Under the pieces are notes generated by a model. The model saw only the letters and a program-made list of their open reading frames with translations. It was not told the origin of the DNA and searched no databases. From Podarcis bocagei (lineage: Eukaryota), in the NCBI GenBank assembly GCA_964188305.1, contig OZ076900.1: a stretch of 64,000 bases of DNA; one strand, written 5' to 3'. The translations under genes were made by a program, and so were the position numbers. Shown one piece after another: positions 23,086-37,110 of the stretch. Numbering within the stretch: the stretch's first letter is position 1; the number at the start of each line of letters is the position of its first letter.

Positions 23086-26000
23086 CTGATTTTTTAAGGG
23101 GAGAGAGAGGGAGAGAACAGATGAAAATAAGTCCCCAAAGCTATCTTGCAACTTTCTGGGTACGACAGCTATTTCAACCAACTGACTGAAACATCATAAG
23201 AGCCATGTCTGCTTTGCCTACAGATGCACAAGACAGGACATACCATCTCCTCTATTTATAACATTCAGAGTGTGTCGTTGCTTACATTACCAAAAACAGC
23301 ACAAATGATTAAGATAGTGGTAGCAATCAGTTTGGAGAAAGCCTCCAGCAGTATGAAAAATAGCCCCACTAGGATAAAGCATGGACATTGCTAAAGGATA
23401 CTGACTGCTGTTGGGCAGAAGGGACAGAAGACAACAGTGATGGTGTAATGGAACAAAGCAGCTGGAATTCTGAATAGCAGCATTCCACAATGCAATATTT
23501 TGTTACAAGTCCCAAGTAACAGCGTGAACAGGGTGCATGTGCACAGGTCTCACCCCCAGCCACTGATTGGCTGAACAGCTGTGATGTAACAGAATGTTCG
23601 CAAAGGGCTCAGTGGGGAGGTGCCAGCAACAAAATGTTAACAAATACAATACAGCTTTGTTGAGGGAAGTGAATGACCAGCTTGGATGGAAGAATATCAC
23701 GCCACAGGGACTATGGATAAAAGGAGCTGTGCATCATGGATTGTGTGCAAAGCCATAAGTGGCTTGTGTGTACATGCGCGCACACGCATATATGGAAACA
23801 AAATCTTCATCTTTATTACTGATCCACCCATGGCCTTTAATGAAACATAATGAAGGCATGCTTTAAATCTTACTGCTGTGACCATTAATCTTGTGGCTGC
23901 CTATCATGATAAAGGTAAGGAGGTCAAAAGAGCAAGGTCAGCAGATGTAACAAGTCTTTGGCATCCTCCTTTCTTCCTTAATGGCAAAATCCTTAACATT
24001 CTCCTTCTAAGGCCACACTCCACATTTCAAGCTCATTTTCCTTTTTAATCTTCAACTTCAATGAAGTCTACCTCAGCAACTAGCACTTTTGAACTTGGGA
24101 TTTCAGTTTAGGCTACCAGCAGAGATGAATCAAATCAGTGTCATTATTAGTGGGGGGCGGGAGAGGAAGAGTTCACCAACCATTTTGCATTATCTTTTTA
24201 TCTCAACCACTTAGCCATTAATCCTCTGAGTAAATGTTTTAAGCCTAGCCATCAACAAATGAACTGCAATCTGAAAGGTGATCTGAAATGATACAGCAGT
24301 AAAACTTCAGTACTTATCAATAAAAGGCAGAGTTTCCCCAGTTGCCAGAGGTAAAAGCTATTTAATTTTTTAGGTCTTCTTATGTCTATCTCTGATCTAA
24401 TTAGCAGCCACACTAGTTTTTTTGCAAGAGAAGCCCCCGAGTGAGCTGGGCCGAAATAAAACTCATCACATCCCTCGGCCCAGGTCAGCTTTATGGGCTT
24501 CACCTAAATGTATTATTTCAGAAATATTGTTGCCAGTAACAATGTATTTTCAACTCAGGGCTGAGGGGTTAGGCTACAAGCGACAGGCAGGGTTTTTGTC
24601 ATATATATATTTTACACAGCTGCAGGGGTGAGGGTGGGCTGCAAACTGAATTAGGAAAACAATACTAGGTGAGAAATATTTTTATCCTCTCTACATTTTC
24701 CACGATTAAAATCATTCCTCCCCTGAAAGCTGCTATTGGCCCTAAGAGGGGAGGGGCAAGGGGAGGAAAAGGAAGAGACAGAGGCTGTTCTCAGAACGCC
24801 TCCTTGGCTTCTTTGGAGTTTATCCTCAAAACTCACAGTTTCCAGGAAGCCTATGGAACAACCTCCTACTCCCAACTACAGATATGAGAGTTTGGTTCTC
24901 ATTTAAATGCAAACTGACCAAATTCTCACTTTCTAAAACAATATGTGAACACAGCTACATTCAGAAGTACATTAGTTGCAGCTTTTAAACCAGCTGACAG
25001 TGCGACTATTCAAGGATTCCCGACAACCTTATAACAACAACCAAAATATTTTTGTATAAAACTTAATTCTTCAACAGAACTGTGGCTATAAAAGCTGGGC
25101 TCGGGGGGGCGGGAGAGACACCGAAGTTTAAATCTTATGTGCAGATGGAGGTTTGTTTGTTTGTTTGTTTAAACCTGTAATACTAATTCACAAGGATACA
25201 TGTGCAGCACAAATTGTGGTGTAAATTCTGAACATTATCTAGCGTCATTCATTAATTAATGGTACTAACAAAAGAATCTCTCAAAGCCAACGTGTCTTAT
25301 TAATGCCTCGTAACAGCCACCCCTTCCGATAGGTCAAAAGAAAAATTGCCAACCAGCTGGTTAATTTATGCAGCACAGGTGTTCACTATTTATTTTTCAA
25401 CCATTTGCCTTTTTTTCAATACCGCTTGTTGCGGAGATGGTTTTCTTCCACTTTGATGGATGCACTTTGTTCTGTGGCCATTCATTTCGGCTTTGTGCAC
25501 TATATTACCACTGCAACCCAGCTGTTTTTATTCTTTCAAAATAAATGTTTAATGGCAACTTCATAGGAGTTCAGGGAAATTAAGCAACAATGGCAAAAAC
25601 TAACCGAAGCATGTAAACCGTCAGAACTGCTGTGATCAGCTCTCTCTCTCGAACATTAAGTTATTAAAAGGAAGAGGGTTTTTTATTTCCAATTTTAATT
25701 TTTTAGATACATAACATAAAATCAAATAACACTTATTCAAGACAAAGAGCCTGTTCTGATGTAACAGGCAAACTGTCCTCAGTGCTGGTCTGCATGGATT
25801 GGATATGGTTTGCTTAAACTAGGAAGTGAGTGAATTGGTTCACATGTAACACTAAACCAAACCATGGTTTAGCATGGATGCACAAGGTTTCCCACAGAGG
25901 AATTGTGCTCTTCCTTTGGCCTTCTTGCAGGTGTGCTGCCATGAGCTATGCTACAGTTTGGTTAAGTGCATTGTCCAAAGTCAATGTATGCCTCCAGGAA

Positions 26001-26778
26001 AAATCCACAAACTATAAACCCAAGAACACACCTTGATTCTAGCTTGTGGTTTGTCAGGAGCAAGACACTCTGTCACCCAAATTTTGGACACAATACGAAG
26101 CCAAACAATGAGTCCAAAGAATTTACAGGAGTTCACTATTCACTTCTGAGTCCAGTTCAAGGTGCTGGTGCTCACCTTTAGGGTTTCAGATCCAAATACG
26201 TGAAGGATCTCCTCTCCCTATCAAGGCCTGCCTGTACTTTGAGATCTTCTGGGGAGGCTCTTTTCCACACTCCACTACTGAAGGAAGCTTGTCAAGCAGT
26301 GGAATGAGACAGCCTTATCTATAGTGATGCCCCAATTACAGAATACCCTACACTCACAAACATGCCAGACACAGAAATTGCCTTCATTCTGACACCAGGT
26401 TAAAGCTTCTTTGTTTGCCCAGGAAGTGTAAGCTGATATTGTTTAGCCTGCAATTACATTTTTAGCTGTTTCTTTTTAATGGTGTGTTTTCTTGTTGGTC
26501 ATTTTATGATTTTATTTATGTTCCACAACCCACTTTGGTATCTGTATAGATGAAGGATATGCTACAACTATTCTAAATAAAATAAAACAAATTGCTTGTG
26601 GCATCTCTGAAGCCAGCTGTGGCCACAGCAGTGAGCCCCAAACCTTCCTTTATTGGGTCTAAGTTGGGGGAGCAGGTTTCACCATGGAGGAGCAAGCTCA
26701 CACAGCTGACCCATTGGCTTCCCTGTTCAAAATGTTCCTCCACATACACCATTTATGTGCAGAACAGGAAGGACTCAC

Positions 26779-26903
26779 CTAGCATAGCAGAAATCTTCAA
26801 CATGCTGAATGGTTTGGTCTGCCTTGTTCAGAGGAATACCTTCTTCATTTTCAAGGATCAGTTCTTCCCAGCGGGTGTTTCCCTCACAGGGGTCAGCCGT
26901 TTT
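26779..26903 (-). CDS. CHM: CHM coding exon 4 (KTADPCEGNTRWEELILENEEGIPLNKADQTIQHVEDFCYA)
   Basis: 125 nt within ORF 26775..26966; aag acceptor, gtgagt donor; ILENEE...TIQHVE.FCYA is REP-1 specific. Confidence 0.92.
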
Positions 26904-27508
26904 CTTGAAGGAATATGCAAAAAAAGAATAGAAGTGTTTCATTAAACTTTTTTTAAAAATGAGCATTTTTTGGGGCTTTATTTAAATGTTAGGATGTTGG
27001 AGAAAGAAATGTTTAATTCACTTTCTTTAGCAGTGTGAGGTGCAGGGGTTATACCAGAACCTTTCCATACACTGAATTTTTCCAGTCTATGTATCCTGCA
27101 GATGTGTGTGTGTGTGTGGTTATGAAATGAGAGGTCAAAGTAAACAGATCTGGAAGGTTCCTATGTTCATACTGTAGTTTAAAAAAGACATTGCAGAGGG
27201 TTGTAAATAAGATTCTCGGCAGCAATAGAATCTTAACACCAAAATGTTTATTGAAATATCTGAAAGGCACAATAAACAAGGAAAACTTGGAAGTTGCAAG
27301 AGCAATGATTCCTGCAGCCAGACTAGTCACAGCAAGAAATTGGAAATCAGATATAGCAGGTGACATTTTGCAAGGATATAAAAACATATGGGATATAGCA
27401 TGGTTGATAAAACCTACATATTCTAAAATAGATATTGAATTATTTTTTTCTGAAGTTTTTAACGAAAAGGCTGAACATTTAGCACGATACAAAATCACTA
27501 CTGCTTAC

Positions 27509-27581
27509 CTGGTTCTCTTTTATCCAAGACAATAATCCAGAGAAGCTAAAACTTGCCCAGTTTCCTCCATAGTATTGTCTT
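27509..27581 (-). CDS. CHM: CHM coding exon 3 ([24 protein letters not shown])
   Basis: 73 nt, tag|...|gtaagc; YYGG motif of the GDI/REP family. Confidence 0.96.
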
Positions 27582-30500
27582 CTATTGTGGAAATGGGGGA
27601 GGGGAAGCGGGAGAGAAAAGAAAAAAAGAATAGCTAATGGGGTAAGCTTTCATTTTTGCAAAGATTCTATTGCAATTATTTAAACATAATTTACAAACTA
27701 CTTAGTATTTTTTAAAAAACCTCTTTGCAGTGGACAACAGAAAAAAAATGAATATCATTAAAGCAAATATGCAATGCAAAGTCAGTAAAAGTACTAGTAT
27801 AAAAGCACATAAAAACAGGAAATAAACACAGGGTCTGATCTTATGGTTCACAAGCAAAATGAAGTGAGTAAGTTGTGCTACCAAAAAGGCTTCCATGTGT
27901 ACACAGGAACAGAAGAGGTTAAAAGAAAAGCAAAAAACACATCATAGATATCCCAAATAAGCAAAGTTTACAGTTTCCACTTAATATACATGTAGCATTG
28001 GTAGAATTTTGGGCTGGATGTTTTTTAAGTGTGGGGGTGACTTTTTGTTTCTGCTTTTAATAAAACCCATACACTCTGAAAACACATTTGCATTTTTCCA
28101 CCTTAAAAATGATACCCACCCCCCAAAAAGAGAGTCAATTGTAGAACAAAAGAATAAGATATGATATTCCTAGCACTTCTGTGCATAGCCACTGTCAAGT
28201 GCCTCTGCGTCATTCAAGAACAGCAGCACCATCAAAGGCCGTTCTTTAGTTGAGAAAATAGAAGGGCCAGGTTTTCTTCCAACTCTTAATTTAGTTTCTG
28301 TCATTAGCATATACCTAATTTGCAGAAGGCTGAAAGCCCCTGGTCATCTGGAGGGAAAGGGCCACTGCAGAAAAACATGGGCACTGTGGCTTATAAATTT
28401 TCAAGAGAGCCTCTTGAAGCAACTCAGACTAGGTTGGCTACAAACAGCTTTTTTTGTCCCCATTTAACAATAAAAACACAGGTTGCACGAAGAAATGTTG
28501 AGTTATATGACCTGATAAAAGGATTAAGTGTGCATCAAATTAAGTGTGCTGTGCAAAATGTACTCAGCTTGCCACAGAGAAGCACAAGGAGTTACAGAGG
28601 GCACTAAAGGGTTACCCCATTCCAAGCTCACAGGAAATCCCACTTAGCATATGCATGCACATATTTAAAGTACATTTAATGCACATGGCTTCCCCCCAAA
28701 ATCATGGGGACTATCGTTTAAGGGAGCTGAGAACTGTGGCTCTGTGAAGGGTAAACCACAGTTCCCTGGATTATTTGGGGAAAGAGAGGAGGGAAGCATG
28801 CAAGCCCAAATCTTGTGCATGCTTGCTTCTATAATGTGAACCATGGTTTAGTGTTACATCTGAAGCACGTTTCTGTCTGACAGAGACAGGAGACCTTCAT
28901 AACTGTGTGGTCAAAAGAACTGCGTCACTGATGCAAATTTAACAGTAGACTTGCAAGAGGGGGCAAGAACAGTTCTTTTGTAAATGTCAATTAGGAAAGT
29001 TACACCTCTCGATACTGTAATAGTCCTGGAAAAACAAATCAAAGCTGCTGATGCCTGAGAAGAAGTTGCTGTTGCTTTATGATTTCTCCAGAGAGCGGCC
29101 AGCATTTGTCTCTCCCGTTTGATCTCTGGAGTGTGTGTGCATGTCTCCTGTCACCTTAATAAGCTGTCTCTTGTTACCGACCCGGTCAAATTGATTTTAA
29201 GGCAAGAATGTAAAAGGACTTCTGGGCCTAATCCTAAATTTCAACTAATCACTTGGCTGAAGCACTTATTAGATAGGGATATAGGGAACCTGTGGCCCTT
29301 CTGCTGTTATTGGACTACAACTCCCATTAGTCCTGGTCATAGGCCATGCTGGCTGATGGGATTTGGAGTCCAACAAGATCTGAAGGGCAGACGATTGCCA
29401 TCTCATCCCAAAATGGTATGAGGGCTAGTCAGCTTCTCTGTACACCTCATACTTTTCTTTAAACTTTTCGTATCACTGAAAAAAAGAAACAATGAATTAC
29501 TAACGTTTGATCGTTTTCACACATCAGCAGGAGAACTGGGTCAACTTTAGTGTAAAAGCAACCTGTTGGACCAGACCAATGGTCCAACAGTCTGTGGCCA
29601 CTGAGGAAAAGATCAGGTGCTTCTGGCAAGCTCACCACCAACCTCCTCAGATTTTCCATACACACACACACACACGAGGGAAGAGGAAATTTAAGGCCAA
29701 ATGGAGGTTCCATGTAGCTGTCATAGTCAACAGATGCTGATAAATACTAGGAAGACAGATCTATCTAACCTCCTCTCCCCTTTAATGCCATCTAAGTTAA
29801 TGTGGCAGTGAAGTAAGAATAAATGTGTGCCCAAAAAGCCATTTTGTGATTGCTTCTACTCAAAAAGGGCAAGATCAGAAATTTGGCACAGGATGAGTTT
29901 TTCTAGTATTTGGTCTACATGACCAACATATGGCTTTTGCCATGTAGATCAGGATGATCATACATCAGAGCTGATTTTATGGATTATCCCTGCCCAACAA
30001 ATGAGAAGATAAAGTTTGAGACTCCCACAAAGATAACTAGGTGGATTTGCATGGCATGGTGGCTATTTGGGTAAACACCCTCATATGTTACAACTGGTAC
30101 ACTACCACAACCATGAATTGAAAATAAAAATATTAAAAAGAGGGACTTTCCTTCCAAGAATGAGGGATAAATTTGGCTTGGAACTATTCTGTTATTTCTA
30201 GTATTTCACTAAGGCACCTATACTGAGGTTTTGGTAATACCCAAACTTATTTTTATGTCAAATGGTTTAACTGATTAAAAAAGCAAAGTAAGACAGCTGC
30301 CTATTCCTGCACTGCAGGGAATTTGGACTAGAAGATCCTCAGGGTCCCTTCCAACTCCAGAATTCTATGATTCTATGAATGTAACAAGTAAGCTGACTAG
30401 AGAGCAGTGAAAGGAAGTGGGGAGGATCTATCTATTCCCACCTGCCCCCAGTTTTCCAACTAGATTTAGGTAAGTGTATAAAGGGTTGGAGCCAAAGCAA

Positions 30501-32398
30501 TTTTTACTTTGTGGTTACAAACCTTTGTGAACTTAGCTGGGAGTAAGCTCCACTAAACAAAGCGTGCAATATTTTGCAGACTGCTATGTAAATTTCATAA
30601 ATATGCCGAACAGGACAATTTTATATGCCAACTAAGGTATGAAGAAACCATTTTATGTTGTCAAAGCAGTAATAAGTTTAAGTTTCATAAGAAAGAAAGT
30701 GTTGCATATGTTTATATTTTCCCCAAAATCTCCAGTGCCCCCACAAAAAGAACTAGGAAGAAATCCCCCACCCTAAGCTTCAAATTTTCTGGAGGTTTTA
30801 CATCCCTAGTTCAACAGCTTATTTCTTTGTACTGTGACAGAATGATTAGACTCATAAACCAAATTTTACTGTCAGACACGAAATAGACAACCTGAAGAAA
30901 TATGCTGCCTTCCCTTTGCTTTGGTTATTCCACCAATGCATCCAGAATTTACGAACAAGAGCAAAGTCCCCTAAAACAAGAACATTTGGGGGAGGGGGGA
31001 GGGGAGGAGGGAGGTCACTAGGAAGAAAGATCTTCATGCATAAACAAATCGCTTTCACAACTGCATTCAATTCTCAACTTTCACAACTTCAAATTTAAAG
31101 TCAATGCCAAGTCTCACGTTCCGAATTGCAAATTACTTTTCTAAATCACTTAGCATCTATCCTTGAAATTTCACACGTCAACAGCTCATTAATATCTACA
31201 GTAAATGTAGCTCTCTGAAAAAGAACCACATTTTTTTTTCAAAAACATTTTATTGAGACGGATAGCTAGCACCCAGAAATAGAGCCCCCTTCAATTACAA
31301 TTTGGCAGAAGCTAACTTTGGTTTTAAAACATGACTACCGGAATTTATGGCCAGGCTGCAATGGAAGTGACTATTTTGAATAAGATTAGCTGTTCTTGAT
31401 GGGGGATGCTTGGACAGTGTTTATAAATCAACAGAGGTGCTACTCAGTGGTTTATAATGGTCCACTTCAGACCATCTACCATCATCACATAAGCGGTATA
31501 TTATGATAAACGCAAAACAGTGGCGGGAGATTAAAAGTAATAAGATCCACCCAGGGTAATGAATCCAGGCAGCATTGGCACACAAAGTACTTCAAAAGTT
31601 TCATTTGACTCACAGCTTCTCGCTGCCCCCCTCCCATTATGCTTTCTATCTAACTCCTATCAGAAAGGAGAGATTTAAAGTTTACACAGCATAGCGAGGA
31701 TCAGATTTACAAGTGGGACCAATATTCCATTCCTCCTTCTCGTATGCCATAACACCCAAGAATATTGTTTAGGATTTATGGATTTAAATTTTGAGGAGCA
31801 AATCCAAGTGGTAGTTTTCATCTTTTATTTCTCCAAATTTTAGTTTTATTTATTGATGGAAGCCTATCCCTGTCTTGCAAACGCTCTTGGAAGCAACAGG
31901 TACCTGTCCAGCCAGAATAAATGAAAGTGGGAAATGTGTTTTATGCAATTCGATCTGGAAGGACTCAAAACACATAGCTACTGTAACGGGAGGGGGAAAC
32001 ATCCCATTCTAAGCTGCATTTCAATAGAAGATGAGAATTATTAGATATATTTTACTTACTCAAAGTGTTCAGACAGTGCTTTAGAGAGCTGACAATTCTT
32101 AGTACATTTTTCCAGGTCCATTTCTCGTTTACCGGGAGATTGGAAAACCACTTGCTCTGGATAGGGTTGCACTCCCTCTGAAGGAGCAAGAGTGTAGCTT
32201 GGGGGGGGGGGTACTCCTGGATACATCTTTGTCATTAGAGGCCCAAGTATTCTCTGTGGGTATGAGTGCATTTTACCAACTTAGCATGGTTCACTAGCTG
32301 CGGCCATTCCTGGACAGGGATAGCCTGATCATTGTAGTTCATGTGGTGGTAACCTCAAAGTTGGATTGCTGCAATGCATTTTATATGGGGCTGCCCTT

Positions 32399-33029
32399 CA
32401 CAGAATCATAGAGTTGGAATAGACCACAAGGGCCATTGAGTCCAACCCCCTGCCAAGCAGGAAACACCATCAGAGCACTCCTGACATATGGTTGTCAAGC
32501 CTCTGCTTAAATACCTCCAAAGTAGGAGACTCCACCACACTCCTTGGCAGCAAATTCCACTGTCGAACAGCTCTTACTGTCAGGAAGTTCTTCCTAATGT
32601 TTAGGTGGAATCTTCTTTCTTGTAGTTTGGATCCATTGCTCCGTGTCCGCTTCTCTGGAGCAGCAGAAAACAACCTTCTCCCTCCTCTATATGACATCCT
32701 TTTATATATTTGAACATGGCTATCATATCACCCCTTAACCTCCTCTTCTCCAGGCTAAACATGCCCAGCTCCCTTAGCCATTCCTCATAAGGCATCATTT
32801 CCAGGCCTTTGACCATTTTGGTTGCCCTCCTCTGGACACGTTCCAGTTTGTCAGTGTCCTTCTTGAACTGTGGTGCCCAGAACTGGACACAGTACTCCAG
32901 GTGAGGTCTGACCAGAGCAGAATACAGTGGCACTATTACTTCCCTTGATCTAGATGCTATACTCCTATTGATGCAGCCCAGAATTGCATTGGCTTTTTTA
33001 GCTGCCGCGTCACACTGTTGGCTCATGTC
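32399..33029 (-). mobile_element. CR1 LINE 3' fragment
   Basis: ORFs 32601..33104 and 32470..32697: [61 protein letters not shown]; CR1 (ATTCTATG)-type tail. Confidence 0.92.
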
Positions 33030-33230
33030 GGCCTGGTTTGAAAGCTTCAGCTGGAGCAGAATGTAGCATATGGATTGCTGATGGGGGCATCTGGCAAACA
33101 ACATGTGACACTATTGTTAAAACATCTGCACTGGCTGCCCATCTACTACTCAGCCGGCTTCAAGTTCCTTGTATCAATTTACAAAGCCCTGAACAAGTTA
33201 TGGCTGAATCCTTATATCCCAGCTCAATCA

Positions 33231-33585
33231 AGGGATGCAGGTGGCGCTGTGGTCCAAACCACTGAGCCTCTTGGACTTGCTGATCAGAAGGTTGGCAGTT
33301 CGAATCCACACGATGGGGTGAGCTCTCATTGCTCTGTCCCAGCTCCTGCCAACCTAGCAGTTTGAAAGCGCACCAGTGCAAGTAGATAAAAAGGTACAAC
33401 TGGAGTGGGAAATGGTGTTTCCATGCACTCTGGTACTCATCACAGTCCTCCATACACCAGTTGCATTTTAGTCATGCTGGTCACATGACCCAGAAAGCTG
33501 TCTGTGGACGAACGCCAGCTCCCTCGGCATGAAAAGTGTGATGACCACTGCAACCCCATAGTTGCCTTTGACTGGATTTAACCGT
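33231..33585 (+). mobile_element. Sauria SINE
   Basis: ggtggcgctgtggt...gttcgaatcc head; 16-bp TSD tatcccagctcaatca at 33215-33230 and 33586-33601. Confidence 0.88.
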
Positions 33586-34517
33586 TATCCCAGCTCAATC
33601 ACTGCAGGAGCATCGTTGGTTGTTCACTGAGTTGTTGAGGCTTGATTGACAATAATAAAATGAACCTGTAGTGCTACTGGCCCGGTACTGTGAAATATTC
33701 TTCCAACAGGGATTCAACAGGCACCTTCTGTGCCACCTTTTAAACACCTGCTGAAAACCTCTTTATTCCATCAGGCTTATACAGGCAATTAAGCCATCGT
33801 ATTTCCACAATAGTTAGCCGGTTTTTGACAGTAACCTTTTATAGTGTTTTTACTGTATGGCTTTATATGTACAATTGTTGTAAACAACTCTGATATTCTT
33901 TAGGAATAACGGTATATAAATAGATTTATTCACTGAAAATACATGCACAGTTTTGAAATCAGAAGGCTATTTTAAGTGTATTCAAGAACATGTAAAATAG
34001 GGTTAGGTGCTGCCTATATCTGAGCCTTCCTACCAATCCTCTGCCAGTCCCAATTCAGAGAAGGGTGATATTCAGTTGTTATTCCCTCACAGGCTAACAC
34101 CATGGCTAAGGAGAGATTTGCAGGCTCTCACACACTCTCCTGCAATTGTTCTCACTCCTGGAAGAGGTGAACAACTGACATATGAGAGTCCATGTTTTCC
34201 TACTTATTTATTTAAAGTATTTATTATCCATCATTCATCACAAGGTCCCATACAACCAATGAGATACTGAAAGGGGTGAGGGAATCTCATGCAAAAAGCT
34301 CCAGTGTAAATTGCAGAAAAGGGGGATACTTAAACTAATTCTAGGGGAATGTGTCTCAGATAATATCATGTTGTTTAGTGATCACAACAAAAATAAATGT
34401 CCCTAAAGGTATCATACAACAGTTAATACAAGGTGAAACCACAATCTGTTATGCGCAAGAAGACAAGCATTAAGTCCCACAAGATGTAACAAATATGGCA
34501 ATTAGTTAGAAGACTTA

Positions 34518-34715
<198 letters not shown>

Positions 34716-36699
34716 TTAAAGTTCTCTTTTCCATCCCTGTTTACCTCTTCTCCCCCACCTTTAGGCACACATTCCAGCCAGGCAGAAGCACTCAAGAAGA
34801 CCACAGAGCAGGAGTGGGGAAGGGCGCTGCATGGGGAAGTTGAGTCCCAAGGGCTATATAAAGCAGTCCAGAGAGCTGCATTTGGTCCCAGGGCTCAAGG
34901 TTCCTCACCCTTGTTCTATGTGCACATAACAGGGTTGCTTTTGCTTCTGCACTGTAATGGAAAGCGACACCAAAGCTGTCTATCACGTAAGACCATAAAG
35001 AAGACCAAGCCGAAGCCTTGTAGATGAGCTTTACGCAAGTTCAGCAAAATGACTCCATAACAAGATCAGAAATCGGTATGAAACCAGGAAGCATTCTAAT
35101 CTATTTCATATCTTAAGGTGCCCTTAAGGTAGAAATTCAGACTTTCAGCAACTTTTTAGTCATTTTTAAGGCCTACCATTTTGACAGATAGTGGAAGATT
35201 TAATCTCAGCTGGCAAAAGGGAGGGGGGAGTTATGAAGGTTCAATGCAAGTTCCCAACATCAATGGCTGTTTTGTTGTGATGGAACACCATTTTAACACT
35301 TGGGTTTTACCCCAGGGTGGGGAGGAGAAAAAGGATTGCTATGCTAGGAATAGATGAAAGTTTATTTTGCCTAGTAGACAATTCTGAAGGCATTGGGAGT
35401 TTCACACCACAGGCCAGAATCCTTTTTCCTTAAGCAGTGTTTCAAACTTACACAAGTGTCCCCAGTTCTATGAGCCAATTAGCATATTGATTTCCATTGA
35501 AGAAACACTATTTGGGCGAAGCTTCCAGCTACTTTCGTTGACACATTGCCGGTATCTCAGAATGGTGCATTGCAACAGACAACGCCTGTAGTTTATGCTT
35601 GTTTGGCTACGCGAGCTTTTCAAATACCTTTAAATCTTAAAGCAATGCATACCAAGATTTCAAAATCACCATCTGTAATCAAGTAACAACCACCTTGCAT
35701 TTGCTACCTTTCATCCAGAAATCCCTATGAGCTATTTTACGAGTTAAATATAAAAGGCTTTTTGCTGTCAGATTTGAAAGTAATATTAATAAAATGTTAG
35801 CAGTTTATAATCTAGGAAATGAATGCTGAATGCAACTGTAAAGGAAAAGCAGGCAAAATTACCCTTTTCCAATTTGGGATGGGGCAACCTTCCAATTAAA
35901 TTTGAGTTCGTCTAAAGAGCTTTGACTTAAAACATTACCAAGAAGCATTTTAAATATTTAGCGATGAGCTTGGAACTTGCAGATTCAAAGTTTGATCAAG
36001 AGGAGAAGAGCTAGTCATAATATCACTGGTATATTGTTTAAACAACTGATAATTCAGGCCTCAGATTGGTCTTATACATCACTCCACCAGGCTGTCCTAA
36101 CCAAAATGGCAGCCAACACTGTATGACTCAAACATATGATCATGGTACTGAAAACAAAGTTTATTAAATGCCCATATGCTGGTGCAGCAAGCTGCTCACC
36201 ATGGACATGGCCTCTAGATGAACAGGAAAGGATTAAGCAAACAGTGAATGTGGAAAAGGGGCAAAGGGTGCTTTTCCACATAGTGAGTGGGCAAGAAGAT
36301 GCTATGACTTTACTTAGCATGCCAGGTTCTCAACATGCTGGGGCATGTCACCAGTGGTGGAAGCCCCAAACACTCACAGTGAGTCTGCCAGTCAGGAGCA
36401 TCTTGAGCCAGAGACACCTAAACTGGGATTCCCGGAAGAACCAGCTCCCTTTACATCAGAGGCCCCATGCACCCCAGTGTCTGCTTGCTAGCACAGACAA
36501 TACAATGCAGCAGCTGACTGAGAGGCAACTGAGTGCAAGCTGGAGGATTGCTCATCAGGAAGTGGGTGGAGCCTCAGAGGAGCATAGAAGGTCTGCTTGG
36601 AGCTATCCAAGGTACTGCAACTCCAACCTGACCAAAAAAACCAAAAAGCACCTGTTGTGGTCAGGGGTCACACTGACACCATACATCATCATCATTACT

Positions 36700-37110
36700 A
36701 CTACTACAATTTATTACCCACCCTTCACCAGAAGATCCCAGGGCAGGTTACAACAATTAAAACACAGCATTAATATTAAAGGATAACATAACACTGTATG
36801 AACAAAAATAAGGTGGGTCCAAAAAATACACATCTCAAGTGTCAAAAGCCAGGGTGAACAGGTGTGTCTTCAGCATTCACTGAAAGCTGTATAATGAAAG
36901 AGACAGATGCACCTGTGTGGGGAAGAAGTTCCACAGCTTAGGGGCTGCCACACAGAAGGCCCTTTCCCAGGTCACCATCCCCTGAGCCTCTGAGGACAGA
37001 GAAACTACCTTCTGCAGATCTTAGTGCCCAAGAGGATCTGTAGGGAAGAAGATGCTCTTTCAAGTATTTGAGACGTTAGTCATTTAGGGCTTTACACACT
37101 AATGTGAGCA
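36700..37110 (-). mobile_element. L2-type LINE 3' tail fragment
   Basis: Same tail architecture as 135-500 (atttattacc...ccagggc...gtcttcagc...gttccacagc...agggcttta). Confidence 0.55.

Larger units (their letters stand above)
32130..33880 (+). mobile_element. Old L2 LINE fragment interrupted by a CR1 and a Sauria SINE
   Basis: Decayed LD.CNA.YMGLP and LKHLHWLPI...FK.LVSIYKAL on either side of the insertions. Confidence 0.7.

Noticed and set aside
36136-36786. 216-aa ORF
   Set aside because: No recognisable domain, antisense within a CHM intron, and runs into an L2 tail.
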